From a virus (taxonomy: Duplodnaviria; Caudoviricetes): DNA of 64,000 bases. Where the stretch lies: positions 1,660 through 65,659 of the IMG/VR virus record IMGVR_UViG_3300002220_000568. The stretch is one strand, 5' to 3'. Below the pieces are notes generated by a model that was not told the origin of the DNA, did no database searches, and worked only from the letters and a program-made list of their open reading frames with translations. A program made the translations under genes and the position numbers. Shown here in pieces: positions 8,656 through 16,647 of the stretch (position 1 is its first letter; the number at the start of each line of letters is the position of its first letter).

Positions 8656-8988
8656 TCAGTATGTTCCGTTTCTTATTTTGTCCCAAATATTATCAACATA
8701 ATCTTTACATTCTTTCAAGCTCCAACTGGTTACGTCCTTAACTGCTTTGACTGCTCGCAACTTAGTTTCGTCATTGTAACACTGGATCATGAAGTCACGG
8801 TCGATAACCGAAAACACACTTTTAGGCGAGGCAATAAACGTATTACAAGAGCCTTTCCTGAACGTAAGCTGACCAGTATTGTCAATAGAAGACGAGGACG
8901 GTGCGTGCAATGTTCTAAAAATGATGCGATCTTCCAATGTTTCAAGCTCTATACAGAGCGAGCCGTTTTCCAAATAATAAATTTTCAT
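8656..8988 (-). CDS. Protein with a C-terminal ribosomal L7/L12-CTD-like motif
   Basis: KLRAVKAVKDVTSWSLKECKDYVD resembles the bL12 segment [24 protein letters not shown]. Confidence 0.6.
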   Translation of the reverse strand: MKIYYLENGSLCIELETLEDRIIFRTLHAPSSSSIDNTGQLTFRKGSCNTFIASPKSVFSVIDRDFMIQCYNDETKLRAVKAVKDVTSWSLKECKDYVDNIWDKIRNGTY

Positions 8989-8999
8989 AATGATTGGTT

Positions 9000-9215
9000 T
9001 TAGTCTTGATCAAGTTTACAGACTTCTCTTACAATTTCTAGGTCTTCGACCTTATCATACCCAACTCCACCACTTTCAGTTATAATGTACATAACTCCAG
9101 TTGGGCTTGGATCATGTTTCGCTGGAGTTACTCTACCCCATCCACGAAGTTTGCCTTTACCCCATGGGTACATGACTTCATACAGATAACCTGGTTTTAC
9201 TTGGCTTGCGTCCAT
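9000..9215 (-). CDS. Hypothetical protein
   Basis: 71-aa ORF in operon. Confidence 0.55.
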   Translation of the reverse strand: MDASQVKPGYLYEVMYPWGKGKLRGWGRVTPAKHDPSPTGVMYIITESGGVGYDKVEDLEIVREVCKLDQD

Positions 9216-9234
9216 TGTCTTGTTTGTTTAATCG

Positions 9235-9567
9235 TTAGTTATCATCATGATCCGAACCATAATTAATGGAATCAATATGATTACACAAAGCTTGAACTTT
9301 ATCTTCATCTTTCCAGAATTTGATTCTATTCCAGAATTGATCTTTACATTTAGTTCGACAAAAAGCTTGTTGATATGATTTCTTAATAAATCGTTTATTA
9401 CACATAGGTCCAGCACACTGACACTGTTCGCCTACTTTTTTCTTTTTATTAAAGGCATAAACTGTAGCAGATGTTCGCATTTCTGATTTTATATCATTAA
9501 CAAATTCAGTAGATGATATAAAGTAATCATCATATTGCATTGATAATGCGTATGCTTCGTCTCCCAT
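9235..9567 (-). CDS. Cys-rich putative zinc-binding protein
   Basis: CQCAGPMC...FCRTKC; after promoter 9585-9617. Confidence 0.6.
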   Translation of the reverse strand: MGDEAYALSMQYDDYFISSTEFVNDIKSEMRTSATVYAFNKKKKVGEQCQCAGPMCNKRFIKKSYQQAFCRTKCKDQFWNRIKFWKDEDKVQALCNHIDSINYGSDHDDN

Positions 9568-9623
9568 TGTAATTAGTTTGTAATGCTAAAATATTAAGAA
9601 TAGTCGAAAGGAAAAAACCCTAG

Positions 9624-10118
9624 TTAAACTCGCATGAAGACTTCATTACTAGGGAGTGGACAGTTTTTGATCCAGTGTATGTTATTTTTAACTTTCCAGT
9701 GTGACAGGTTGACATTGCTCGGTATTTGGATACCATCAAACACATTGAGTCTTAATGACTTAGACCCAGTACCTAACCGCCATATGAGCATTTCATTAAG
9801 ATTAAGGAATGGTTCTACATCAGACTGTTCGTGTAGAGTTAGTGTAACACCGTCTACCAGGTTTAAGATCTTAGGAACGTTGCGAGACAGACTCGTATAG
9901 ACAATCAGTTTTGCTTCGTTCATGGCCAGATTCTTCAACAGCTCGATGGTCTTTGGTAATTGGCCTTCAAGTAAAGGTTCTCCGCCGGTAAGCATGATTG
10001 TCTCGAATGGTTCAGACCAGTCTACGACAGGTAAAGCTGCCAAGTCGTGGTCTTTATTACAGCATCCTTCGCAAGAGCGATGGCATTTTTCCGTAACGAG
10101 TAATCTCAATGACCGCAT
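9624..10118 (-). CDS. Short radical-SAM (4Fe-4S) family protein
   Basis: CxxxCxxC motif (CHRSCEGC) and LTGGEPLL. Confidence 0.8.
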   Translation of the reverse strand: MRSLRLLVTEKCHRSCEGCCNKDHDLAALPVVDWSEPFETIMLTGGEPLLEGQLPKTIELLKNLAMNEAKLIVYTSLSRNVPKILNLVDGVTLTLHEQSDVEPFLNLNEMLIWRLGTGSKSLRLNVFDGIQIPSNVNLSHWKVKNNIHWIKNCPLPSNEVFMRV

Positions 10119-10170
10119 AGTTCTTCAGTTTAATAAGACAAATATAATACCAATAGTTTAAAGGAAAAAG

Positions 10171-10380
10171 TCAGGCTGATTTAATTCGCTTGTATCTAAG
10201 TTTGAAGAAACCAGTTTGGATACCGACCAACCATGACGTACCAGTAAAGAGGTCGAACCTCCCGTCTTTTAGGTCATGAACAGTACCTGACATTCCAATG
10301 TACGGATTTCTCGAGCCGTTGCCGTTACGACAAGGCGGAAGCCACGTGATTTTTATCTGATCTCCATTTTTGATTGCCAT
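10171..10380 (-). CDS. Hypothetical protein
   Basis: 69-aa ORF after promoter 10399-10431. Confidence 0.6.
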   Translation of the reverse strand: MAIKNGDQIKITWLPPCRNGNGSRNPYIGMSGTVHDLKDGRFDLFTGTSWLVGIQTGFFKLRYKRIKSA

Positions 10381-10438
10381 ATTACTCAGTTTAGTATAGC
10401 TAAAATACTAAAAAGAAATAAGAGTAAAAAATAGAGAA

Positions 10439-10744
10439 TCATTTCACTGGTTCAAGAACATCGAGCGTCGAATCGACATTTGCTTTTCTACAGGTCAGGA
10501 TCTCTGCCCATTCGTATTCCTCGCGTGATACCGCTGACTGAATAGCTTTGTCTATTCCTTGTCTATATAGCTCTAACAAGTATACATAGTATTCTTCAGT
10601 CCATTCTGTATTTTTCTCGCCAGTCTGTTGGCGTATCTCTTTTTCTAATTTATCAAGGGTTCTTCCGATCTGGCGTTTGTTACGACCAGCTTTTTCAAGG
10701 ACTACCAGTATTCGATCGTGCATGCTATCAATAGGTTCTCGCAT
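10439..10744 (-). CDS. Coiled-coil protein with a UVR-like C-terminal motif
   Basis: IDKAIQSAVSREEYEWAEIL; late box at 10801. Confidence 0.55.
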   Translation of the reverse strand: MREPIDSMHDRILVVLEKAGRNKRQIGRTLDKLEKEIRQQTGEKNTEWTEEYYVYLLELYRQGIDKAIQSAVSREEYEWAEILTCRKANVDSTLDVLEPVK

Positions 10745-10868
10745 AACGTATTGGATTAGAATTAGTTAGAGTAAGTCATACATGCGACTATCTCTATTAC
10801 TATTTATTAGTATACAAGTTCTACAACTTATACAATTTATACAAACTACTTGTATAATTTCTCGCATG

Positions 10869-11165
10869 AACGATCGTATTCAAAGTGTAACTAACCTACA
10901 AGTTGTTGTTAACGATCGGTACTCAAATGATCTGCTTTCTGCTAACGATCGGTACTCAAATGCTAGGTTCGCAAATTGTAACCGATCGTTAGCGCAAATT
11001 GTAACCGATCGTTAGCGCAAATTGTAATCGATCGTTAGCGCAAATTGTAACCGATCGTTAGCTATTTTGTTGTGTATCAGCCTGGTCTGGGACAAGGCTG
11101 GTAGTCTGTCACAGAATTCCTATGACTTTCTCGAGTCTGCTTTCTGCTAACGATCGGTACTCAAA
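10869..11165. repeat. Iteron-like repeat array with CGATCG core (candidate replication origin)
   Basis: Four tandem 23-mers gcaaattgtaa(c/t)cgatcgttagc at 10971-11062; inverted-orientation aacgatcggtactcaaa at 10911, 10944 and 11149; exact 30-bp direct repeat at 10931-10960 and 11136-11165. Confidence 0.85.
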
Positions 11166-11211
11166 CTATAATAGACAGATTACCTATCACAAGTAGATCT
11201 ATTGGTCTCTA

Positions 11212-11244
11212 TTTTTTCCTTTCGCGATTATTATCTATATTTAC
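11212..11244 (+). promoter_or_regulatory. Early promoter, the only plus-strand copy, divergent from the 14 minus-strand copies
   Basis: ttttttcctttc-gcgattattatc-tatatttac; same 12-nt spacer. Confidence 0.85.
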
Positions 11245-11262
11245 TCTATCAATACAAGCGAC

Positions 11263-11373
11263 ATGAAAATCCGAGCTTTGATTCTTTATTACAGTCTGCT
11301 TCGCAAAGTTGGACTGTTGCGCGAAACTTCCAAGTCAGAAGACTATTCTGAGCTGATCGCAGACGGAACCTAG
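11263..11373 (+). CDS. 36-aa peptide (not in the ORF track)
   Basis: Hand-translated MKIRALILYYSLLRKVGLLRETSKSEDYSELIADGT; ATG 18 nt after the promoter. Confidence 0.45.
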   Translation: MKIRALILYYSLLRKVGLLRETSKSEDYSELIADGT

Positions 11374-11428
11374 GCTCGAGATTTTCTTGTGGCTTAGTAG
11401 TACAATAATCTAAACTAAAAAACAAACC

Positions 11429-11662
11429 ATGAAAAAGATCATGCTGATCCTGAGTCTCGCGATTTTCGCGAGTTTGTCATTTACAAGTTGTTGCCCGGAA
11501 TCCTGCCAAGCAGAACAAGTTTCTTTGCCTAGCTTAGCAGCAGACCAAGCTTATCTCGAGGCAGAGACTGATCGGTTTAAAGTCTATTCTGTTCGAATCA
11601 ATTCGATCAACTATCTCGTTACGGTCAGTCATACTGGCTCAGTAGCAATGTTGAAACAATAG
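11429..11662 (+). CDS. Small lipoprotein
   Basis: MKKIMLILSLAIFASLSFTS|C lipobox; A-rich Bacteroidota-type initiation region. Confidence 0.75.
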   Translation: MKKIMLILSLAIFASLSFTSCCPESCQAEQVSLPSLAADQAYLEAETDRFKVYSVRINSINYLVTVSHTGSVAMLKQ

Positions 11663-11664
11663 CC

Positions 11665-11880
11665 TTTACTCCCACCGCCTGGCTGTTACTCTAGGAGGCC
11701 TTCTGGCTGTTGCCTGGAGGCACTCCTGGAAGCACCAGAACAGCACCCCTGGTTGCTCCTGGAGGTGTACCTGGATCACTAAAATGTCACTCCTGGAGGC
11801 ACCCAGAAGCACTCCTGGAGGTGCCCCAGGTACACTTTAGGCTGCTATAAAAATGTATATCAGGAGTGACAACATATCAC
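11665..11880. repeat. GC-rich CTCCTGGAG/CCWGG repeat and inverted-repeat cluster
   Basis: Nine CCWGG sites in 11678-11830; inverted repeats gtgtacctgg 11765-11774 / ccaggtacac 11826-11835 and tgtcactcctg 11785-11795 / caggagtgaca 11861-11871. Confidence 0.8.
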
Positions 11881-12014
11881 TTTTACTTTTTTCCCGTACC
11901 CCCAAGTACTGGGCCGGTTTCTCCAACCATTTTGCCAGGTTTCCTTAATTCTTTTATCTAGGTTCTCTATGATTTCTTGGATTCTTGGATTCCCCCAGGC
12001 TAGAGGATTTCTGT

Positions 12015-12053
12015 AAAAACAAAAAATCTCCCGGGTTGCAGGAGATTGTTTTT
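12015..12053. terminator. Bidirectional terminator-like hairpin between converging units
   Basis: aatctcc / ggagatt stem flanked by A- and T-tracts. Confidence 0.6.
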
Positions 12054-12067
12054 ATTAAAATTTCGAA

Positions 12068-12274
12068 TTATATTGCTTCAAAGATAACCCAGCCTGTATT
12101 ATGAGATGGTGATACTTTGTATTTCCCTTCAAATTTTAGCCAGCCATCTAGGCATATTTTTGTAAATTCTGCATTTGAAGCAATAACTTCACATTTGATT
12201 CCAAGTTTCAGTTTATCAAGTAGTTCACCTCTTGTTTTTGGACGAGATATTTCCATTGTTTTGATTATAGCCAT
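12068..12274 (-). CDS. Hypothetical protein
   Basis: 68-aa ORF; alternative start ATG 12256. Confidence 0.55.
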   Translation of the reverse strand: MAIIKTMEISRPKTRGELLDKLKLGIKCEVIASNAEFTKICLDGWLKFEGKYKVSPSHNTGWVIFEAI

Positions 12275-12277
12275 TAT

Positions 12278-12487
12278 TTAATTTTTGGGTTCGTGTTTTT
12301 TGTTACAATCGGTAATATACCAATCTATAAAGACTAAGGTTGCTGGTACTAATTCAGCAATGAATATTTCAAGTATATTTAAGCCTTGAGTAAGTAGATA
12401 ATACCCAATAGAGACTCCTATTATTGCACTAATAAGTCTTCTAAGATTTATCATACACAAGTTCCTAAAGAAAGCTGAGTTTATCAT
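12278..12487 (-). CDS. Small membrane protein
   Basis: Two hydrophobic segments. Confidence 0.5.
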   Translation of the reverse strand: MINSAFFRNLCMINLRRLISAIIGVSIGYYLLTQGLNILEIFIAELVPATLVFIDWYITDCNKKHEPKN

Positions 12488-12509
12488 AGAATTAAGAATT
12501 TTATCTTAT

Positions 12510-12791
12510 CTATTTCGCTTTCTCTGGTACTAATACGAGTTCATATTTTTCAACTTCACATTGATCCAATATGTCTTTTATATACTTATCAGATTTTGCA
12601 AATAATAAAGCGGTACTCACATGATTCGCTTGTCCCCAAACTTTACCAATTTTACTGAATTTCATTTTCAAAACCTTAGTTTCTATATTCTTTGGATCTG
12701 CCTTTTTAAGATCATATACTCTATGACTAGGCACACCTCCACCTTTCCAATATAATCCACTAGGTATATGCTTTACTTTATATGCAAACAT
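12510..12791 (-). CDS. Conserved phage hypothetical protein
   Basis: YKVKHIPSGLYWKGG...KFSKIGKVW pattern. Confidence 0.65.
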   Translation of the reverse strand: MFAYKVKHIPSGLYWKGGGVPSHRVYDLKKADPKNIETKVLKMKFSKIGKVWGQANHVSTALLFAKSDKYIKDILDQCEVEKYELVLVPEKAK

Positions 12792-12827
12792 AATATTGTT
12801 TTATTTTAAAGGTTTGAACCCTTTCAA

Positions 12828-13082
12828 CTAAACCGATTCGTCTATCCATGCCTTAACTTCCAACCAATATTGCATATAAGAAGGGGTTTCAACATAGATT
12901 TCTTCATCAATCAGTGCATCCGTTTTAATAATTTCATCAACGACTTCTTTTGATAGTCTTTTTGAATTAAGAAGAATTTGCTCTGGGTATTCGTGATTTG
13001 TGAGCATTGAGCTACCAATGTACCCCGGAACATAATCTTTGAACTTTGTAACTAATTCCTGTGCTTTTTCTTGCGGTGTCAT
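12828..13082 (-). CDS. Conserved phage hypothetical protein
   Basis: MTPQEKAQELVTKF...YWLEVK pattern. Confidence 0.7.
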   Translation of the reverse strand: MTPQEKAQELVTKFKDYVPGYIGSSMLTNHEYPEQILLNSKRLSKEVVDEIIKTDALIDEEIYVETPSYMQYWLEVKAWIDESV

Positions 13083-13099
13083 GTTGTTTAAGTTTTATT

Positions 13100-13381
13100 T
13101 TAACACGGATAAGAATTATCATCATCAAAATCCTCAGCCTCAGTATTAAAGATCAAATGTATACTTGCAATCAATACAATAATTGCAGAAACTTTGCCTT
13201 CTACTGAATTAACAAACCACATAACATCATCTGTTATAAAACTACCAAGTAACCAGGCAATTATGCCTATAACTAGGATTACAATTAAACCAGCTAAAAA
13301 TTTTTCTTTCATATCAATACGGTGAAAAATAATCATTATTAGTAAACTGCCCACTAAAACTAGAAGTATCGCCAGTTCCAA
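13100..13381 (-). CDS. Multi-pass membrane protein
   Basis: Three hydrophobic helices and an acidic tail. Confidence 0.6.
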   Translation of the reverse strand: MELAILLVLVGSLLIMIIFHRIDMKEKFLAGLIVILVIGIIAWLLGSFITDDVMWFVNSVEGKVSAIIVLIASIHLIFNTEAEDFDDDNSYPC

Positions 13382-13639
13382 AAAAAGAATCTAACCGCTT
13401 ACCATTAATATCTCGAGTATACGGTTCATTCCATAAATTATCAATCTCATAATTCTTAGGCAAAAAATTAGTAAATGATAAAGGCTGATAATTTACATAA
13501 TCACTGAAAACATTTCGACCCGTTAAAACCCAATAAAAAACCAAATACCATAAACTGCTAATGCAGCAAAAACTGGTATAAAAATAACCAATTGGGCCAA
13601 ATACAAAATTCGAATAAACATTCGTTTAATGTGCTTCAT
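13314..13639 (-). pseudogene. Membrane-protein gene split by a -1 frameshift in a T6 run (pseudogene, recoding or sequencing error)
   Basis: ATG 13639 gives MKHIKRMFIRILYLAQLVIFIPVFAALAVYGIWFF, with a stop at 13523. One extra T at 13535-13540 joins it to YWVLTGRNV... of track ORF 13314-13544. Confidence 0.55.
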
Positions 13640-13667
13640 ACTCTTAATTTTAAAATAATATACTGAT

Positions 13668-13985
13668 TTACTTGACTTCCTGGTTACCAACTGGTCTCAA
13701 TGATGCAAGATCTGCTTCCAACCGGTTCAATGTATCCTCAATCTTTTGCCATTCATCCAAATTAACAAGTCTTGGATTAATACACTCAATTGACCCATCT
13801 GTCTGATTAACAGGAAGCACAATAACCCTAGCCTCAGGAACAGCCTTCTTTATAACCTCAGATGAGTCCTTTGCCATTAGCCAAATCTTTTCTTGACTCA
13901 TACCCAATACAGGTACTCTAACTACCAAAATGAGATCTGGCTTACTCAATCTCTCGGTAATAAGTTTTGCCATTTTACTATCCAT
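13668..13985 (-). CDS. Hypothetical protein
   Basis: Start moved to ATG 13985 (MDSKMAK). Confidence 0.6.
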   Translation of the reverse strand: MDSKMAKLITERLSKPDLILVVRVPVLGMSQEKIWLMAKDSSEVIKKAVPEARVIVLPVNQTDGSIECINPRLVNLDEWQKIEDTLNRLEADLASLRPVGNQEVK

Positions 13986-14112
13986 AAAAACAATTGTTAA
14001 TTTTCTGTTTTTTACTGTACAAATGAATCTTAGTTTTAGGATTATGTGCTGGTGCACCAGCGAAAGTACCCCACACACGGACGAAAATAAATAAAAGAAA
14101 GAACCGAATACC

Positions 14113-15537
14113 TTGACAATCTGCAGAATCGTATTAGACTCATATGATGGACCGTTTAGTACTCAAAATTTAGATATACAACTAGATACAGTACAAACTT
14201 CTCCTAGCAATAGAATACTCTTACTGCCTGAACCAGGTGGAGGTGGACCACCTATTGAAATTGTAATTACTGTACCGAGTAACAACTGGTCAATACCAAC
14301 CTCTACTAGCTCTCATATTAGACTAACTGGACCAGCTGGTACAGTACTTGATGTAGAATGGAATGATGGTGGAACTAATACATATACAATGACAGGTTCA
14401 CCAGTCTCACTCAGTCATACTTATGCGACTGCCGGTAATTATACAATAACCATAAATACAGACACTGATCAACTAACTGCCATTTCAACTAGAGTTGTTC
14501 CAACCCAAATCGAAACTGATATTATTCCAGCAAATATTACAAATCTTAGTTTTAATAGTAATAGCCCACTTGTTGGATTAACTGGCGCTATTAGTAATTT
14601 ACCTACAAACCTAACAGATTTAGGAATGACATCAAATGATTATTCTAGTCTAACTGGAACAATTGCACAATTTGGGTCAAGTTTAGAATTTTTAAACTTT
14701 TCAAACGGATCAGCTGACAATACTGCTATAACTGGAACAATTGCAAATTTAGCATCTAGCGCTCTTACCTGGATTTCATTTGATCGATTCATTAATTTAA
14801 CTGGTACTATTGATAGTTTTGCAAGTACACAAACTACATTAGAAACACTTAATCTTGAAGATAATGGAAATATTACTGGAAGCATCTCAAATCTTCCAAG
14901 TACAATGCGAATTATTTATATACGAAACCAAACTGGAATAGCAGGTAATATTAGTTCACTAGCATCTGGTCTATGGACCCTATATTTAAACAATATCAGT
15001 ACGACACTAACTGGTTCAATTAGTAGTCTACCATCAGGTTTAGAAAGTCTTACAATTATCTCAGCTGGTACAAATTTAACAGGCTCAATAAATAGTTTGC
15101 CAACTTCACTGCATACATGTATACTAACCTCTGTAAATACTGGAAATAATTTAACTGGTTCACTAGATGGAACACTACCAGCAAATTTAGCAAGTTTTGA
15201 ATTAATTGGAGTAGGCTCAGGTATGACAGGCGGAAATATTGCAAATTTATCAAATTGCAGATCTGTAGAATTAACTGGTTTTTCTTGTTCATACTCATAT
15301 ACTTCTACTACTTGGACTAGAACTGGCATATATTTAATTAGAATTTTACCGGCAGCAACATATGGACTAACTACAACTCAAGTTGATAATTTATTAATTG
15401 ACTTATCTACTGCACCATGGGCAGGTTCAGGAACTCGTATTTTAAATCTTGGTGGAAATAATTCAGCTAGATCAGCTGCATCTGATTCAGCTGTTGCAAT
15501 TTTACTTGGTTTAGGAGTTACTGTTACAACCAACTAA
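14113..15537 (+). CDS. PKD-like plus leucine-rich-repeat-like protein (putative fibre/adhesin)
   Basis: VEWNDG...SHTYATAGNYTITI (PKD-like), then about 10 repeats of about 24 aa (LTGSISSLPSGLESLTI-type); TTG start; late box at 14086. Confidence 0.7.
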   Translation: MTICRIVLDSYDGPFSTQNLDIQLDTVQTSPSNRILLLPEPGGGGPPIEIVITVPSNNWSIPTSTSSHIRLTGPAGTVLDVEWNDGGTNTYTMTGSPVSLSHTYATAGNYTITINTDTDQLTAISTRVVPTQIETDIIPANITNLSFNSNSPLVGLTGAISNLPTNLTDLGMTSNDYSSLTGTIAQFGSSLEFLNFSNGSADNTAITGTIANLASSALTWISFDRFINLTGTIDSFASTQTTLETLNLEDNGNITGSISNLPSTMRIIYIRNQTGIAGNISSLASGLWTLYLNNISTTLTGSISSLPSGLESLTIISAGTNLTGSINSLPTSLHTCILTSVNTGNNLTGSLDGTLPANLASFELIGVGSGMTGGNIANLSNCRSVELTGFSCSYSYTSTTWTRTGIYLIRILPAATYGLTTTQVDNLLIDLSTAPWAGSGTRILNLGGNNSARSAASDSAVAILLGLGVTVTTN

Positions 15538-15570
15538 TAATCACTAATAATCACTAATAAATATAAATAT

Positions 15571-16647
15571 ATGATAACACTTAAAAACTTTACACAATGG
15601 GTAAATGAAGCTGCTGAACCTGTACAAAATACAGGTGGTGCGCTAAATCAAGAAGTTAGATTTTCATTTAACTTTGATAGTGGAAAATATCTTGAATCTG
15701 AAATACCGGCAGATCAACTTGAAAAATTAAAAACCGATTTAAAACCAATAGTTACTGAACTGTCCATTCCAAAATATCTGAATGGACAAACAAATATAGA
15801 ACTAACTGCCTCTACTTCAACACTTAGGCTAATGCCAGAATTCATCCAGAAACTAACTGCTGCTGGGTATAAAGGTTTGACTGGACAAGCTGACCCAAGC
15901 GGCAATGACTTATTAGCATCAGCTAGATTAATGACAGTTGAGACTCTGATTACTAAACTATTGGCTGAAATGCTAAAAACTACACCACAAGCACTAAAGA
16001 CTAAAGTAACATTTACTAAGATTTCTAAACCTAATCAAGGAGGAGGAGCAACACCAGAAGAACAAAAGGTTTGGCAATACATATCAATGAAAGTAACTCA
16101 AACCGGAACACCAATTCCAGAAGCAGTAAAAGTTCCATGTGGAATAAAGGACCGTTTGTATAATGGTAAGATGGGAATTTCAACTAATAACTATGTAGGA
16201 TATGCTGCGGACCTCATACTCACCATACCGGCTACCAATACAATAACAATATCATTCAATGCGCTTGACATCCCAGATATGTTCTATATTAAATATAGGG
16301 ATATTGAATTTCTCAGTCAATTTCAAGGGTCAGCTAGACATGCTCCAAATTTAGCAAAGATAGTAGATTTAGAACAAAAAATAAATGCTGAATTACAAAG
16401 AGCAGGAAGTACTAAAACTCTGAGAGAACTTCAACCAAATGCAATTGCCCAAGATGGAACATGGATTGTAGCAAAAGGACAATACCAAAATGCAGCAACT
16501 GGGATTTATTCAGTTACGGTAATGAAATCTTGGGAAAACGATGATTTTAAAATTAGAGTTTTTTCTCCATTAGCTGCAACTAGATTTACCATATCAACGA
16601 TGTGTCAAGCTGCTAATGCTGACCAATTACTAGCAAAGCAGAGCTAG
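15571..16647 (+). CDS. Late virion protein with capsid-targeting-like leader
   Basis: MITLKNFTQWVNEA; TATAAATA at 15562; FNFDSGK resembles an OmpA-like start. Confidence 0.65.
   Translation: MITLKNFTQWVNEAAEPVQNTGGALNQEVRFSFNFDSGKYLESEIPADQLEKLKTDLKPIVTELSIPKYLNGQTNIELTASTSTLRLMPEFIQKLTAAGYKGLTGQADPSGNDLLASARLMTVETLITKLLAEMLKTTPQALKTKVTFTKISKPNQGGGATPEEQKVWQYISMKVTQTGTPIPEAVKVPCGIKDRLYNGKMGISTNNYVGYAADLILTIPATNTITISFNALDIPDMFYIKYRDIEFLSQFQGSARHAPNLAKIVDLEQKINAELQRAGSTKTLRELQPNAIAQDGTWIVAKGQYQNAATGIYSVTVMKSWENDDFKIRVFSPLAATRFTISTMCQAANADQLLAKQS

Larger units (their letters stand above)
151..10431 (-). promoter_or_regulatory. Family of 14 early promoters, consensus TTTTTT(C/A)C(T/A)(T/G)TC-N12-TA(T/A)(A/T)TT(T/A)(G/A)C
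   Basis: Copies at 151-183, 1146-1178, 1895-1927, 2008-2040, 2884-2916, 3173-3205, 4415-4447, 4647-4679, 5838-5870, 8365-8397, 8623-8655, 9585-9617, 10138-10169, 10399-10431. Spacer is always 12 nt. The proximal box matches the Bacteroidota -7 element TANNTTTG. Confidence 0.85.

Noticed and set aside
10782-11015. 77-aa plus-strand ORF in the track
   Set aside because: Its repetitive sequence (NDRYSN, IVTDR) is simply the translation of the DNA repeats, and it lacks a matching promoter.
10971-11062. Tandem 23-bp repeats as a CRISPR array
   Set aside because: The units are contiguous with no spacers, and there are no cas genes in the window.
14040-14085. Ribozyme or riboswitch around the GCTGGTGCACCAGC-GAAA segment
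   Set aside because: There is no hammerhead CUGANGA core or other recognisable consensus; kept only as a palindrome note.
15531-15560. Three copies of (ca)ctaataa at a 10-bp period
   Set aside because: A short AT-rich slippage duplication next to a late promoter; no further function can be supported.
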